A stretch of DNA of 64,000 bases from Bacteroidales bacterium UBA3808 (GCA_002369075.1 DFEG01000010.1:2-64001), one strand, 5' to 3'; numbered from the stretch's first letter, positions 28,432-38,844 are shown. Numbers and translations are program-made. The notes: generated by a model from the letters alone, not told the origin.

Positions 28432-30300
28432 ATGGAAGTCAATATTAAGAAAGCCGTGAAAATGTTCTTCTCAAGCTCATCGTTTGAGATGATATACTTT
28501 GAGGCAATTGCTAATGCGTTAGATGCAGGGGCTTCAGCTATTGATATCAAAATTCAAGGAACACGAGATAATAATAAAACGATTCAATTGCAGAATCTAT
28601 CCTTGGAGATCCAGGACAATGGCGTGGGAATCGATGAACCTCGTTATGATAAATTCAGTAAGTTATTTGATGTTGAGGAACAAAGTCATAAAGGACTTGG
28701 TCGATTGGTGTATTTGTGCTATTTCGATGAGGTTCGTGTGGAGAGCGTCTTTAGGAATACCAATCATCGTTCTTTCGTCTTCTCTGAATCCTTCCAGAAA
28801 AGTATGGGCGAAACAATCGAGCCGTGTGAGCATCAAGAGAACGGCACAACTTTCCGAATGACTCATTTCTCGGGGGAGAAATTGCATAACAATGAATTTG
28901 TGCGTCCTACATATCTCAAGAGAGCTATACTAGATTGTTTTTATCCTCGTCTTTATAAAGAAAAAATTGCTGGCAAAGATATCTCCATTAATATCACTGC
29001 TGTATTCGATGGGATAACCAAATCCGAGATTATTCGAACGTCTGATATACCGAACTTCAAGGAATATCCCTTGGAATACCCTATGGGGTTGTTCACCTCC
29101 ATTGACATGTATTATTCAATCAAGGAAGTACCGGCGGAAGAAGCGCATATCATCACTGGAATTGTGGTTGATGATAGAACAATCCCGATTGAGGTCATCG
29201 ATCCTGAGAATCAACCGGCAGACTATGAAATGATATTTCTGTTAATCGTGAAATCTCATGATGAAAGTCTTGTCAATGCGTCTCGTCAGGCTCTGAATCT
29301 TACCAATACAGACTTGGGGAGTATTAAGACGACATTCCGCGAAGCGATAGCAGATATTATTAATAGAGATGTTCCCAAGGTTGTTGAGGCAAATAAGGCA
29401 AGTCAAGAATATCTATGTAGAGTATATCCTCATTTGCAGGGCTATTTCGATACCAAAGCTATCGGATATGCCTCTCGCAATGATGTCCTTAAGAAAGCTC
29501 AAGACAGATTCTTCAATGACCAAAAAGAAATTCTTGGCGCCTCCTCTACATTAACAGAAGAGCAATTCCAAAAGACATTAGCACTCTCCGCACGTTCGCT
29601 GGCTGAATATATATTATTCCGTCAACGGATTATTGAGAGAATGAAAAGCCTTTCTCCGGACAATTCAGAATATGATCTTCATAATTTAATTGCGCCACGA
29701 TTTAATGAATTTAAAGAGGAGAATTTATCGGATGACTTATATGTCAATAATGTATGGATTCTGGATGATAAGTTCATGAGTTATTCGACTGTGTTGAGTG
29801 ACAAAGAAATGTCGGATGTGATATCTATTCTTACCAACGGTGAAGCATCTCAAGAATCTGAAAATGGTCGACCGGATATTGCTTTATTCTTCTCAGGGAA
29901 TCCGGCTGACAAAGATACAAAAGTGGACGTAGTTATTGTCGAACTGAAGAAGAAGGGTATTGATTCGGGACGAATTTCCGTAGTGGAAACGCAGTTGGAG
30001 GAACGTGCACGCAGTCTGTATAAGTATTACAACAAGCGCATTCAACGGATATGGTATTATGGAGTGGTGGAATGTATAGATGAGTATATTCTGCATTTAA
30101 AAACCAATAAGTATAAACCTTTATTCTCAAAAGGAAAAGTTTTCTATAACGAGAAGGAAGTGGCTGTAGATGTTAATACGGACGAAGTGGTTATTGCTAA
30201 TACATTTATCATGGATATTGATGCAATGGCGAACGATGCAGCTGCCAGAAATGAAACATTCCTCAAAATTTTAAGGCGGCAATTTGCAAACAACGACTAA
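28432..30300 (+). CDS. GHKL (MORC/HATPase_c_3-like) ATPase with a C-terminal PD-(D/E)xK nuclease-like motif
   Basis: The Bergerat motifs EAIANALDAGAS, QDNGVGI and HKGLGRL. The C-terminal motif is GRPDIALF...VDVVIVELKKKG (PD at 29872-77, ELK at 29941-49). Confidence 0.7.
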   Translation: MEVNIKKAVKMFFSSSSFEMIYFEAIANALDAGASAIDIKIQGTRDNNKTIQLQNLSLEIQDNGVGIDEPRYDKFSKLFDVEEQSHKGLGRLVYLCYFDEVRVESVFRNTNHRSFVFSESFQKSMGETIEPCEHQENGTTFRMTHFSGEKLHNNEFVRPTYLKRAILDCFYPRLYKEKIAGKDISINITAVFDGITKSEIIRTSDIPNFKEYPLEYPMGLFTSIDMYYSIKEVPAEEAHIITGIVVDDRTIPIEVIDPENQPADYEMIFLLIVKSHDESLVNASRQALNLTNTDLGSIKTTFREAIADIINRDVPKVVEANKASQEYLCRVYPHLQGYFDTKAIGYASRNDVLKKAQDRFFNDQKEILGASSTLTEEQFQKTLALSARSLAEYILFRQRIIERMKSLSPDNSEYDLHNLIAPRFNEFKEENLSDDLYVNNVWILDDKFMSYSTVLSDKEMSDVISILTNGEASQESENGRPDIALFFSGNPADKDTKVDVVIVELKKKGIDSGRISVVETQLEERARSLYKYYNKRIQRIWYYGVVECIDEYILHLKTNKYKPLFSKGKVFYNEKEVAVDVNTDEVVIANTFIMDIDAMANDAAARNETFLKILRRQFANND

Positions 30301-30307
30301 GAAAAAG

Positions 30308-33115
30308 ATGAACTATTCACCGGGACAACGAATCACGGTACGCGAGGAAGAATTCCGTATCGTTCGAGTAGACGCCTATGACGCGCAGCATGCGTTTTTG
30401 CATTGCTGGGGACTGAGCGAGTTGGTTAAAAACCACTCCTATATCTTCGACACTAACATCGAGAAAGACATCGCTGTGGTCGACCCGACCACTGTTCAAC
30501 TAGTGCCGGAAACGGACACCCAGTGCAAGAAAACGCGCCTGTTGCTCGAAGCAGAAATACGCAACAATGCCTATTTCTCCAACAAGATCATCATCGCCGA
30601 CAAAGGTGCTTATAACCTCTCTGAGTACCAACTCGAACCGACCCTCAAAGCCTTCGAACTGCCCCGTCCTCGTCTGCTCATTGCTGACGGCGTCGGTCTC
30701 GGTAAAACGATCGAGGTTGGTATCTTCCTCTCTGAGATGATTCGTCGCGGGCGCGGACAACGTATACTCGTCTGCGCGTTGAAGTCTATCTTGGCGCAGT
30801 TCCAAGAAGAGCTCTGGACCCGCTTCGCTATCCCCTTGATGCGTCTCGATAGCTACGGTGTGGATAAGATCCGTGCCGAGATACCGATGAACAAGAACCC
30901 CTTCGATTTCTACGACAAGATCATCATCTCCATCGACACGCTCAAGAACAACGGTAAGTTCCGTGGATGGCTCGAGAAAACGCGCTGGGACATCATCGTC
31001 ATTGATGAGTGCCACACCGTCGCCAACGATGCTAGCCTTCGTGGTGACTTAGCGCAGTTCCTCGCCGGTCGGTGCGATAGTCTCATCCTCACCTCTGCCA
31101 CACCCCATAACGGCAACCCTAAGTCCTTCGCCAATCTCATCAACATGCTTGACCCCATCGCCATTCCGCGTAACGGCAAGTACGGACAGGCGGAGGTCGA
31201 ACCATACTACGTGCGCCGCTTCAAGAAGGACATCCTCGACCAGCAGGTGCGCAGTAATTTCCAGGAACGGCAAGTACACTCCGTGCCTATTCATTTCGAA
31301 GAAGCGGAACTCAACTTCCTCCGCCTCCAGAACCAGCTCAAAGTTCGTCTGCTCCATGACGAAGACCGTGCCGACGCACTCTTCGCCGTGCAGATCTTCA
31401 AGTCCTTCCTCTCTTCGCCTGCCGCAGCTATTAGCACATTGAAGAGCCGTATTGAGAGAAGAGAAAATGAAGACGACAACCTCACCCAACTCTATGAGGC
31501 CATGTCGGATATCGTCACCATGGGTATCGACAGTCGGTACGCCGCTTTCAATGCGCAACTAAAGAAGATCTGGTCGGAGAACAAGAACGAACGTATCGTG
31601 GTCTTCAGCGAACGTATCGACACCCTCCGTTTCCTCGAAGAACGCCTCAAAGCCGACTTCCGTCTGCGCGATGAACAAGTGCGCGTCTTCGATGGTTCGC
31701 TCAGCGATGTGGAGCAAGAGGACATGGTCGCTGACTTCGGCAAAGCCGACAGCCCCATTCGTGTTTTCCTCAGCAGCGACTCCGGCTCGCAAGGTGTCAA
31801 CCTCCATTTCTATTGCCACAACATGTTCAACTACGATATCCCGTGGTCGCTCATCACGCTCGAACAGCGCAATGGACGTATCGACCGGTACGGCCAGCAG
31901 CAGACCCCGAATATCTACTACCTCGTCGCCAACACCGACGAAGAACAGCTCAAGACCGATTTCACCATCATCGACCGCCTCAAACGCAAAGAGGAAGAGG
32001 TGCATAACACCCTCGGTGATGCCATGCAGGTCATGAATCTCTACAGCGTGGACAAGGAGGAACGTGCCGTGTCCGATGCAATCCTCACCGGCAATGTCAA
32101 CTTCCTTGACCAACCGGCAGAAGCACCGCAAGCAGAAGGCTTCGGCGATTTCTTCGCCCTCATGAGCCAATCCACTCCGCCGGTCACCCACCGCGAGATG
32201 ATCGAGAAACGCATGTCCCTCTACGAGGACGATATGCATTTCTATCAGGAACTATTCGACACCCTTCGCAACGAAGGTGCGCTCCACGACACGCCCGTCG
32301 AACTCAAGACCGGCACCGGAGCACCGTACTTCGATATCCCCTACAGCCGTGAACTCAAGGAAGTCCTCTTCGACATGCCGAAGGAAGCCCTGCCTGTACG
32401 CAGCTCCTTCTGCCTTTGTGCCGACAAAAAGGCGATCATGGACTCCATCGAGAAGAGCCGTCGCACCAACGACAACCGCTGGGCAGAGATGCAGCTCCTT
32501 TACGACCTGCACCCCATCATCCAGTATATGATCACTAAGCTGACCGCCAGCGTCCCCAAGAACGAAGCACGCGTCGTCAAGACCGACCTCGTTCCGCAAG
32601 GCACCATCAACTATCTCTTCTACGGCAGTCAGTCCAACGGTCTCGGACACTCCATCATGAGTAAGTTCTTCGTCGTCTCGGTTCGTCCCGATGGTTCGCT
32701 CGTTGAGACACCCGTCTCGCTGGCTGACTTCATGGCGCAGCACCCCATCGACAAGCCCTTCTACGGCATGCAGGTAACGGACTCCGAACTGGCACTCGCC
32801 CAGTCGCTCCTACCTCAAGCCGTTGAGCATGGTCAGATGAAATACCTCATCGACCAGCAGGCTAAACAGCGTGACCGCATGCAGAACTATCTCGCCAAAT
32901 ACAACGAGAAAGTGAAACGGTGGGCTGACGAGAGTGAACGAGCTGTGCAGAACACCCTCTTCGATGGTTCGGAAGTGCAGATAACACGCCGCACCAAAGA
33001 TAAAGAACTGCAAGAGATCGAAACAATCCGCGACAAGAATAGCATGTTCTATCGCGATATGTTCACCCTGGATAACGTACCTTATATTCGCCCCTTGGCT
33101 GTTTTCTATAATTGA
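30308..33115 (+). CDS. SNF2-family helicase (DISARM DrmD-like)
   Basis: LIADGVGLGKTIEVG, VIDECHTVAN, LTSATPHNG, QGVNLH, RNGRIDRYGQ. Confidence 0.85.
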   Translation: MNYSPGQRITVREEEFRIVRVDAYDAQHAFLHCWGLSELVKNHSYIFDTNIEKDIAVVDPTTVQLVPETDTQCKKTRLLLEAEIRNNAYFSNKIIIADKGAYNLSEYQLEPTLKAFELPRPRLLIADGVGLGKTIEVGIFLSEMIRRGRGQRILVCALKSILAQFQEELWTRFAIPLMRLDSYGVDKIRAEIPMNKNPFDFYDKIIISIDTLKNNGKFRGWLEKTRWDIIVIDECHTVANDASLRGDLAQFLAGRCDSLILTSATPHNGNPKSFANLINMLDPIAIPRNGKYGQAEVEPYYVRRFKKDILDQQVRSNFQERQVHSVPIHFEEAELNFLRLQNQLKVRLLHDEDRADALFAVQIFKSFLSSPAAAISTLKSRIERRENEDDNLTQLYEAMSDIVTMGIDSRYAAFNAQLKKIWSENKNERIVVFSERIDTLRFLEERLKADFRLRDEQVRVFDGSLSDVEQEDMVADFGKADSPIRVFLSSDSGSQGVNLHFYCHNMFNYDIPWSLITLEQRNGRIDRYGQQQTPNIYYLVANTDEEQLKTDFTIIDRLKRKEEEVHNTLGDAMQVMNLYSVDKEERAVSDAILTGNVNFLDQPAEAPQAEGFGDFFALMSQSTPPVTHREMIEKRMSLYEDDMHFYQELFDTLRNEGALHDTPVELKTGTGAPYFDIPYSRELKEVLFDMPKEALPVRSSFCLCADKKAIMDSIEKSRRTNDNRWAEMQLLYDLHPIIQYMITKLTASVPKNEARVVKTDLVPQGTINYLFYGSQSNGLGHSIMSKFFVVSVRPDGSLVETPVSLADFMAQHPIDKPFYGMQVTDSELALAQSLLPQAVEHGQMKYLIDQQAKQRDRMQNYLAKYNEKVKRWADESERAVQNTLFDGSEVQITRRTKDKELQEIETIRDKNSMFYRDMFTLDNVPYIRPLAVFYN

Positions 33116-36100
33116 TGAGCACTATGGCAGAAAACGTAAAATATCGGTTTATTGAGAATATTGGTGATTACTTCCCAAGTGATTACTTTGGCGAAGACTT
33201 CCTCAAGAAAGTGCAACAACTGGCCGACTATAATGACGACCAGATGAAGGCACTCTGTCCGCCTTATGTACAGCTCAAGGAGCACTATACCCAATACAAG
33301 AACTTCATCGTCAACCAGAACCCGCGTATCAAAGATGCAATCTTACGAACCAACGAGTTCCACAAGCGTCTGCTTACCATTCTTGGCTATGACCCTGAAG
33401 ACAAAGGCTATAACGAGAAATATATCGTCAGCGAAGATGGCGACAAAGCGGAGATCATCCCTGTCCGGAATATCCTCCGTACCCATAACAAAGTCCAAAT
33501 GCTCATCATGGAGATGCGACCCCTTATCAAGGTCGGCGAAGATGAACCCGCAGGTCTCTTCCAGCAGCAGTACGACGATGGCGAAGTGCCGCATCAGCGT
33601 TATTCCGCCAGTCATTGGGAGTCCGTCTTCACCTTTGACAAAGAGCATGAGCGTATCTCGCCTTCCGTCATCAACAAAGCGGTCAGCCAGATCTTCCTCA
33701 TGCCCGAAGAGAAACGTCCGCAATACATCCTCATGTTAGCGGGTAGCAAGGTTATGCTCCTTGACCAAGATAAATGGGCACGCGGCAGTTACCTCATCTT
33801 CTCGCTCGATGAACTCTTCTCGCAAGCAAGCATATCGGCCTTCCGTAACTACTACGCCCTCTTCCATCTGCTCGTCTGCAAGGACACCCTTGCTGCCGAC
33901 AGTGAGACGCTGCTTATGTCCTCCCTCATCGAGGATAGTTACCGCAACGCCTATTCGGTCACCCAAGACCTCAAGCAAGGTGTCGTCAAAGCCGTAGAGA
34001 CTATCGCAAACGAAGCGCTCTATTACATGAAGAACGTCGCGCATCAGCCCTTCGGTAAACGACAGGAGGATGGCACCTACGACGAGACCGACGATCGCTT
34101 CGAAGCCGAAGTTAAAGATGACTGCCTCACCCTCGTCTATAGACTCCTCTTCATCTTCTATGCTGAGAGCCGTCAGGAACTGGAGATCCTTCCTACCAAC
34201 GATGAGGTCTATAACAAAGGCTACTCCCTCGATATGCTTCGCGACCTTGAGCAAGTCAACCTCGTCAGCCAGCAGAGCCGCGACGGTTATTTCTTCGACG
34301 ACAGCATCAAGAACCTCTTCTACATGCTCAGTCATGGCATCAACGAGGGTGTCGAGACCAAAGCTTTCCGCGTCATCCATATCGATAGCCCGATGTTCGA
34401 TGACTCTAAACTGAACCACCTCAACGGGGTCAAACTGCGCAACCAGAAATGGCAAGAGATTATACGCTCCCTCTCACTCTCCAATCGGGATGGCAAATGT
34501 GGACGTATCTCCTATGCCAACCTCGGCGTCAACCAATTAGGTAGCGTCTATGAGAGTCTGCTCGCATATCGCGGTTTCTATGCCGAAGAAGATTATATCG
34601 AGGTACACAAAGCTGATACTCCGCAAGACGGCACTTTCCTCGTGCCCTATAGTCGCTTCGAAGCGTTCGACCTCAGCGAAGTGCTCACTGATAAAGACGG
34701 CATGCCGATCATCCTCAAGAAAGGCACTTTCGTCTATCGACTTAACGGTCGTGACCGGCAGAAATCAGCCAGTTACTACACCCCCGAAGTGCTCACACGC
34801 AGTACCGTCAAATATACCCTCAAGGGAATCCTCGAACGCGTCGAGAAAGGAGAGATATCGGCTCTCGAACTGCTCAACATGAAAATCCTCGAACCGGCCA
34901 TGGGAGCCGCAGCGTTCCAGAACGAGGTCATTAACCAACTCGCTGAAGCCTACCTCACCTATCGAAGCAAAGAACTGCGTGAGCAAGGACGGGAGAAATG
35001 GCGTATCGAGCCCGATAAGTACCGCGATGAACTCCAGAAAGTCAAAGCCTATATCGCTACCCATAATGTCTATGGCGTAGACTTGAACCCCACCGCAATC
35101 GAACTGGGTAAACTGAGTCTCTGGCTTAACGTTATCCATAAAGACATGGAGACTCCTTTCTTCTCCAATCGTCTTGCGCTTGGTAATGCAGTCATTGGTG
35201 CTTGGCTCAAGGTGTACGACAAATCCGAAGTGGTAGGTAAACCCGCTCGTAACAACAAACTCATTCCTACCGAGTGGTGGGAACGTGCACCGCATCGACT
35301 CCACTTCAAGAATAACCGCATCAAGCGTAACCCCAACGAGATATACCATTTCCTCCTTCCCGATAAGAACATGCTCGGTGTCCGTGCCATCAAAGAGCAG
35401 AAAGCGGCACACCCCACCGAATCCTCTCTCATGTCGCAGAAGCTGGCGCAATGGACAGCTGCGCTATCGTCTGAGGAGTTTAAGACGCTCCAACGGCTCT
35501 CATCCAAGATCGACATCCTCCTTCGCGAGTATGTCGAGTTCCAGATGTCTATCGAGAAACTGACGGAGAACCGCTATGCCCTTTGGGGAACACCCGGCAA
35601 GAACGAGACCTCGATGCTCGACAGCAACGACTTCGTCGATACCTATCGCGAGAAGCAAGAACTCAACGACACCCGTTATCGTCATGATAACGCTTACTAC
35701 CGTCTCAAGATGGTCATGGACTACTGGTGCTCGCTCTGGTTCTGGGAGTACGACGATGCCAACAGTCTGCCCTCACGTGAGGACTACTGGAACGATATCG
35801 AAGCTATGCTCGATGTCAGCGATGAGAAACTCAACAAAGGAGCAAAGATGGTTATCAAGCCCTCTAACCTTCATGTGGGTGGTGAGCAGATGCGTATGTT
35901 CGAGGAAGAGACTCAACTGACCATCGGAGATGAAGTTGTTGTAGAGGAATCACCCTACGAGCAGACCGATGAAGAGACCTCTGTGCTCCTTACCAAGACC
36001 AAACAAGAGATCCTTGCCGAGACACAAGGACACCGCACAACGCTCTTCGATAACTCCTATCGTTTCCGTATCGTCGCACGACTCGCAGAGCGATACCATT

Positions 36101-38064
36101 TCTTCCATCCCATGCTCGAATTCGCCGAAGTTTTCTGGCTCCGCGATGGATTCGATATCATCTGCGGTAACCCGCCATGGTTGAAACTGGAATTCGACGA
36201 GCAAGGTATTCTTTCGGAGAAATATCCGGAAGTAGCGATTAGAAAGATGTCTGCACCTGAGGTAAGAAGTCTTCGTGATACCATGTTTAGTCAAATACCT
36301 GTGACTGAAACATTGTACCGTAGCGAAGAAACAGAAACTGCCGGTAGTGCCGTATTCATGAACGCACATTGCAACTATCCTCTATTGGCAGGACAGCAAA
36401 CCAATCTATATAAATGCGTCTTAGAGAATGGCTTCTCGCAACTCTCGCAAAATGGTTTTATGGGATTATTGCACCCTGAAACAGTCTATGATGATCCAAA
36501 TGGTCAACCTTTACGTCGAGAGATATATCCGAGATTACGGTATCATTTCCAATATCATAATGAGCTGCAACTATTTGCGGAGGTTCACCATAACACAAAA
36601 TATGGAACGCATGTTTATGGATCGCCACAAAGCCATATCAGTTTTTATAGTATTCATGACTTGTTCCATCCAGCAACAATAGATGGTTGTTTTTCTCATG
36701 ATGGACATGGTGTATGTGGCGGTATAAAAGACGATGATGGTAAATGGAATCTAGAATCACACAAAAATCGCATTGTGCACTTCACTGATAATGAACTAAG
36801 AGTTTTGTGTGATGCTTTTGAGGATGGAGAGAATTGGCAAACAACGAAACTTATTTCGATACATTCAAATGTTATTGTTTCTGTACTTGAAACATTAAGC
36901 AGATTCCCTCATCATGTCAGGAATTATCGTCGGGTTATTTCAGAGGGTTTGCACGAAACGAACGCTGTTGATAAAGGCATTATGTGTCGTAACACAAAGA
37001 TTCCAGACGTTGACCGTTACGAGATGATATATAGCGGACCCCATATCTATGTCAGCAATCCTCAATATAAAACCCCGAGAATTAAATGCGTTTTGAATTC
37101 TGATTATGATATTGTAGATGCCTCTAACAAAGATTCATTTATCAGGACTAATTATACTCCCGTTCTTCCAATAGAACAGTACAAAGAAGTTATCGAAGGA
37201 TTTGAAGAATCTGAGATATCTTGGATTGATGGGATAAAAGTTGGGCTTAGAAAAATGCTGAGTATATCCGGAGAGCGTACGCTTACGCTTGCCCTATTAC
37301 CTAGTAAATCATCGCATACAAATGGTATTATTTCGATAATATTCCCAACTAACTGGCAAAATGTAGAATTTACTGGGCTTGGCTCTTCGACAATTCTTGA
37401 TTTCTTCATCAAAGTAATTGGTTCGCAAAATATGACGGAGGGGCGCTTGTCTTCTTTCCCATTAGGCATTGACGATAAGTACAAGTCTGCTCTTTATGTG
37501 CGTACTCTCTTGCTCAACTGTCTCACCGAGCCGTATAGCCCATTATGGGAAGAGTGCTGGCGTGAGGATTATCGTTCGCAGCAATGGTCAATCGGCGATA
37601 GCCGTCTCAAACCATTTAATACCCTTACTAAACAATGGTCGTGGGATATTCCGCTCCGTAACTACTTCGAGCGGCACCAAGCTCTGGTTGAGATAGATGT
37701 CATCACAGCTATGGCACTCGGTCTATCCCTCGAAGATCTGGAGATGATTTATACCATTCAATTCCCTGTCCTTCAGCAGAACGAGAACGATACATGGTAT
37801 GATGCCGAAGGCAAGATTGTCTTCACCTGCTCTAAAGGTCTCACCGGTGTAGGTCTCGATCGTCCCGTTTGGGATAGCATCAAGGGAGAAATATCCGAGG
37901 ATGGGCTAACTGCCAAAGGTGTTGCGCCCACCTATGAGCACACCATCACCAAATCGGAACTGTACCAAGGTCAGAAGCAGACCTTCGTCGCACCATATAC
38001 CTGCTGCGACCGTATTGCAGATTACCGCCGTGCTTGGGAACACTTCGAGAAGATCTTAAAATAA
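33115..38064 (+). CDS. Very large N6-adenine DNA methyltransferase (Eco57I/PglX/DrmMI-like)
   Basis: SASYYTPEVLT, ILEPAMGAAAFQNE, YGVDLNPTAIELGKLSLWL, IICGNPPWLKLEF. The start overlaps the SNF2 stop (TGATG). Confidence 0.85.
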   Translation: MSTMAENVKYRFIENIGDYFPSDYFGEDFLKKVQQLADYNDDQMKALCPPYVQLKEHYTQYKNFIVNQNPRIKDAILRTNEFHKRLLTILGYDPEDKGYNEKYIVSEDGDKAEIIPVRNILRTHNKVQMLIMEMRPLIKVGEDEPAGLFQQQYDDGEVPHQRYSASHWESVFTFDKEHERISPSVINKAVSQIFLMPEEKRPQYILMLAGSKVMLLDQDKWARGSYLIFSLDELFSQASISAFRNYYALFHLLVCKDTLAADSETLLMSSLIEDSYRNAYSVTQDLKQGVVKAVETIANEALYYMKNVAHQPFGKRQEDGTYDETDDRFEAEVKDDCLTLVYRLLFIFYAESRQELEILPTNDEVYNKGYSLDMLRDLEQVNLVSQQSRDGYFFDDSIKNLFYMLSHGINEGVETKAFRVIHIDSPMFDDSKLNHLNGVKLRNQKWQEIIRSLSLSNRDGKCGRISYANLGVNQLGSVYESLLAYRGFYAEEDYIEVHKADTPQDGTFLVPYSRFEAFDLSEVLTDKDGMPIILKKGTFVYRLNGRDRQKSASYYTPEVLTRSTVKYTLKGILERVEKGEISALELLNMKILEPAMGAAAFQNEVINQLAEAYLTYRSKELREQGREKWRIEPDKYRDELQKVKAYIATHNVYGVDLNPTAIELGKLSLWLNVIHKDMETPFFSNRLALGNAVIGAWLKVYDKSEVVGKPARNNKLIPTEWWERAPHRLHFKNNRIKRNPNEIYHFLLPDKNMLGVRAIKEQKAAHPTESSLMSQKLAQWTAALSSEEFKTLQRLSSKIDILLREYVEFQMSIEKLTENRYALWGTPGKNETSMLDSNDFVDTYREKQELNDTRYRHDNAYYRLKMVMDYWCSLWFWEYDDANSLPSREDYWNDIEAMLDVSDEKLNKGAKMVIKPSNLHVGGEQMRMFEEETQLTIGDEVVVEESPYEQTDEETSVLLTKTKQEILAETQGHRTTLFDNSYRFRIVARLAERYHFFHPMLEFAEVFWLRDGFDIICGNPPWLKLEFDEQGILSEKYPEVAIRKMSAPEVRSLRDTMFSQIPVTETLYRSEETETAGSAVFMNAHCNYPLLAGQQTNLYKCVLENGFSQLSQNGFMGLLHPETVYDDPNGQPLRREIYPRLRYHFQYHNELQLFAEVHHNTKYGTHVYGSPQSHISFYSIHDLFHPATIDGCFSHDGHGVCGGIKDDDGKWNLESHKNRIVHFTDNELRVLCDAFEDGENWQTTKLISIHSNVIVSVLETLSRFPHHVRNYRRVISEGLHETNAVDKGIMCRNTKIPDVDRYEMIYSGPHIYVSNPQYKTPRIKCVLNSDYDIVDASNKDSFIRTNYTPVLPIEQYKEVIEGFEESEISWIDGIKVGLRKMLSISGERTLTLALLPSKSSHTNGIISIIFPTNWQNVEFTGLGSSTILDFFIKVIGSQNMTEGRLSSFPLGIDDKYKSALYVRTLLLNCLTEPYSPLWEECWREDYRSQQWSIGDSRLKPFNTLTKQWSWDIPLRNYFERHQALVEIDVITAMALGLSLEDLEMIYTIQFPVLQQNENDTWYDAEGKIVFTCSKGLTGVGLDRPVWDSIKGEISEDGLTAKGVAPTYEHTITKSELYQGQKQTFVAPYTCCDRIADYRRAWEHFEKILK

Positions 38065-38071
38065 TGTAACT

Positions 38072-38842
38072 ATGAAGGATAAATTACTGAAATTAAAGCA
38101 AGACTTGGGACCACTGGATAGTTACTACGATCAATATCCTGAGTTGGATCGCATTATTAACGCGTTAAAGATGTATATTGGTCAATGCCTTCCTAAGGAG
38201 AAGAAAGAATGGGAAGATCGTATAAATGCTATTCAGTATCTATCTCCGATGGTGCAGTTTTCGGGTTACTATGATAAAGAGCGAGATAAGAGCGCCTTCC
38301 AGAAAGGCACCAAATCATTAGCTAATATCATTGATTTAGTCATTGAGCGTATCGAGATGGAAGAGCAACCTGCTCCCGCTAAGCGAAAGGCTAAATGTGA
38401 TAACCCCAACGTCTTTATCGTTCATGGTCACGACGAAGCAATGCGAGAGAAGGTTGCCCGGACAATTGAGAAATTAGAACTTACTGCAATCATTCTTAAC
38501 GAGCAAAGTAATAAAGGACAGACGATCATTGAGAAACTAGAGGAACACTCCAATGTTGGGTTCGCTGTCGTTCTATTGTCCCCTTGCGATGAAGGTAGAA
38601 AGGCCGGTGAAAATGATTGGCTGCCTCGCGCAAGGCAAAATGTCATCGCAGAAATGGGCTACTTCATTGGAAAATTAGGTAGAGATCGAGTTTGTATTTT
38701 GCAGAAAAAAGAGGTTGAAACACCATCTGATTTCACAGGTATCGTATATACTCCGTTTGATGAGAATGATGGCTGGCAATTGAAGTTGGCTAAAGAACTG
38801 AAAGCCGCTGGATATAATGTAAAAATCGAAAATCTATTATAG
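38072..38842 (+). CDS. TIR-like domain protein (PF10137 / COG4271 type, CAP12/Pycsar-effector-like) with a ~110-aa N-terminal helical domain
   Basis: NVFIVHGHDEAMREKV...ILNEQSNKGQTIIEKLEEHSNVGFAVVLLSPCDEG...RARQNVIAEMGYFIGKLGRDRVCIL...PSDFTGIVY...GWQLKLAKELKAAGY. Confidence 0.8.
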   Translation: MKDKLLKLKQDLGPLDSYYDQYPELDRIINALKMYIGQCLPKEKKEWEDRINAIQYLSPMVQFSGYYDKERDKSAFQKGTKSLANIIDLVIERIEMEEQPAPAKRKAKCDNPNVFIVHGHDEAMREKVARTIEKLELTAIILNEQSNKGQTIIEKLEEHSNVGFAVVLLSPCDEGRKAGENDWLPRARQNVIAEMGYFIGKLGRDRVCILQKKEVETPSDFTGIVYTPFDENDGWQLKLAKELKAAGYNVKIENLL

Positions 38843-38844
38843 AT

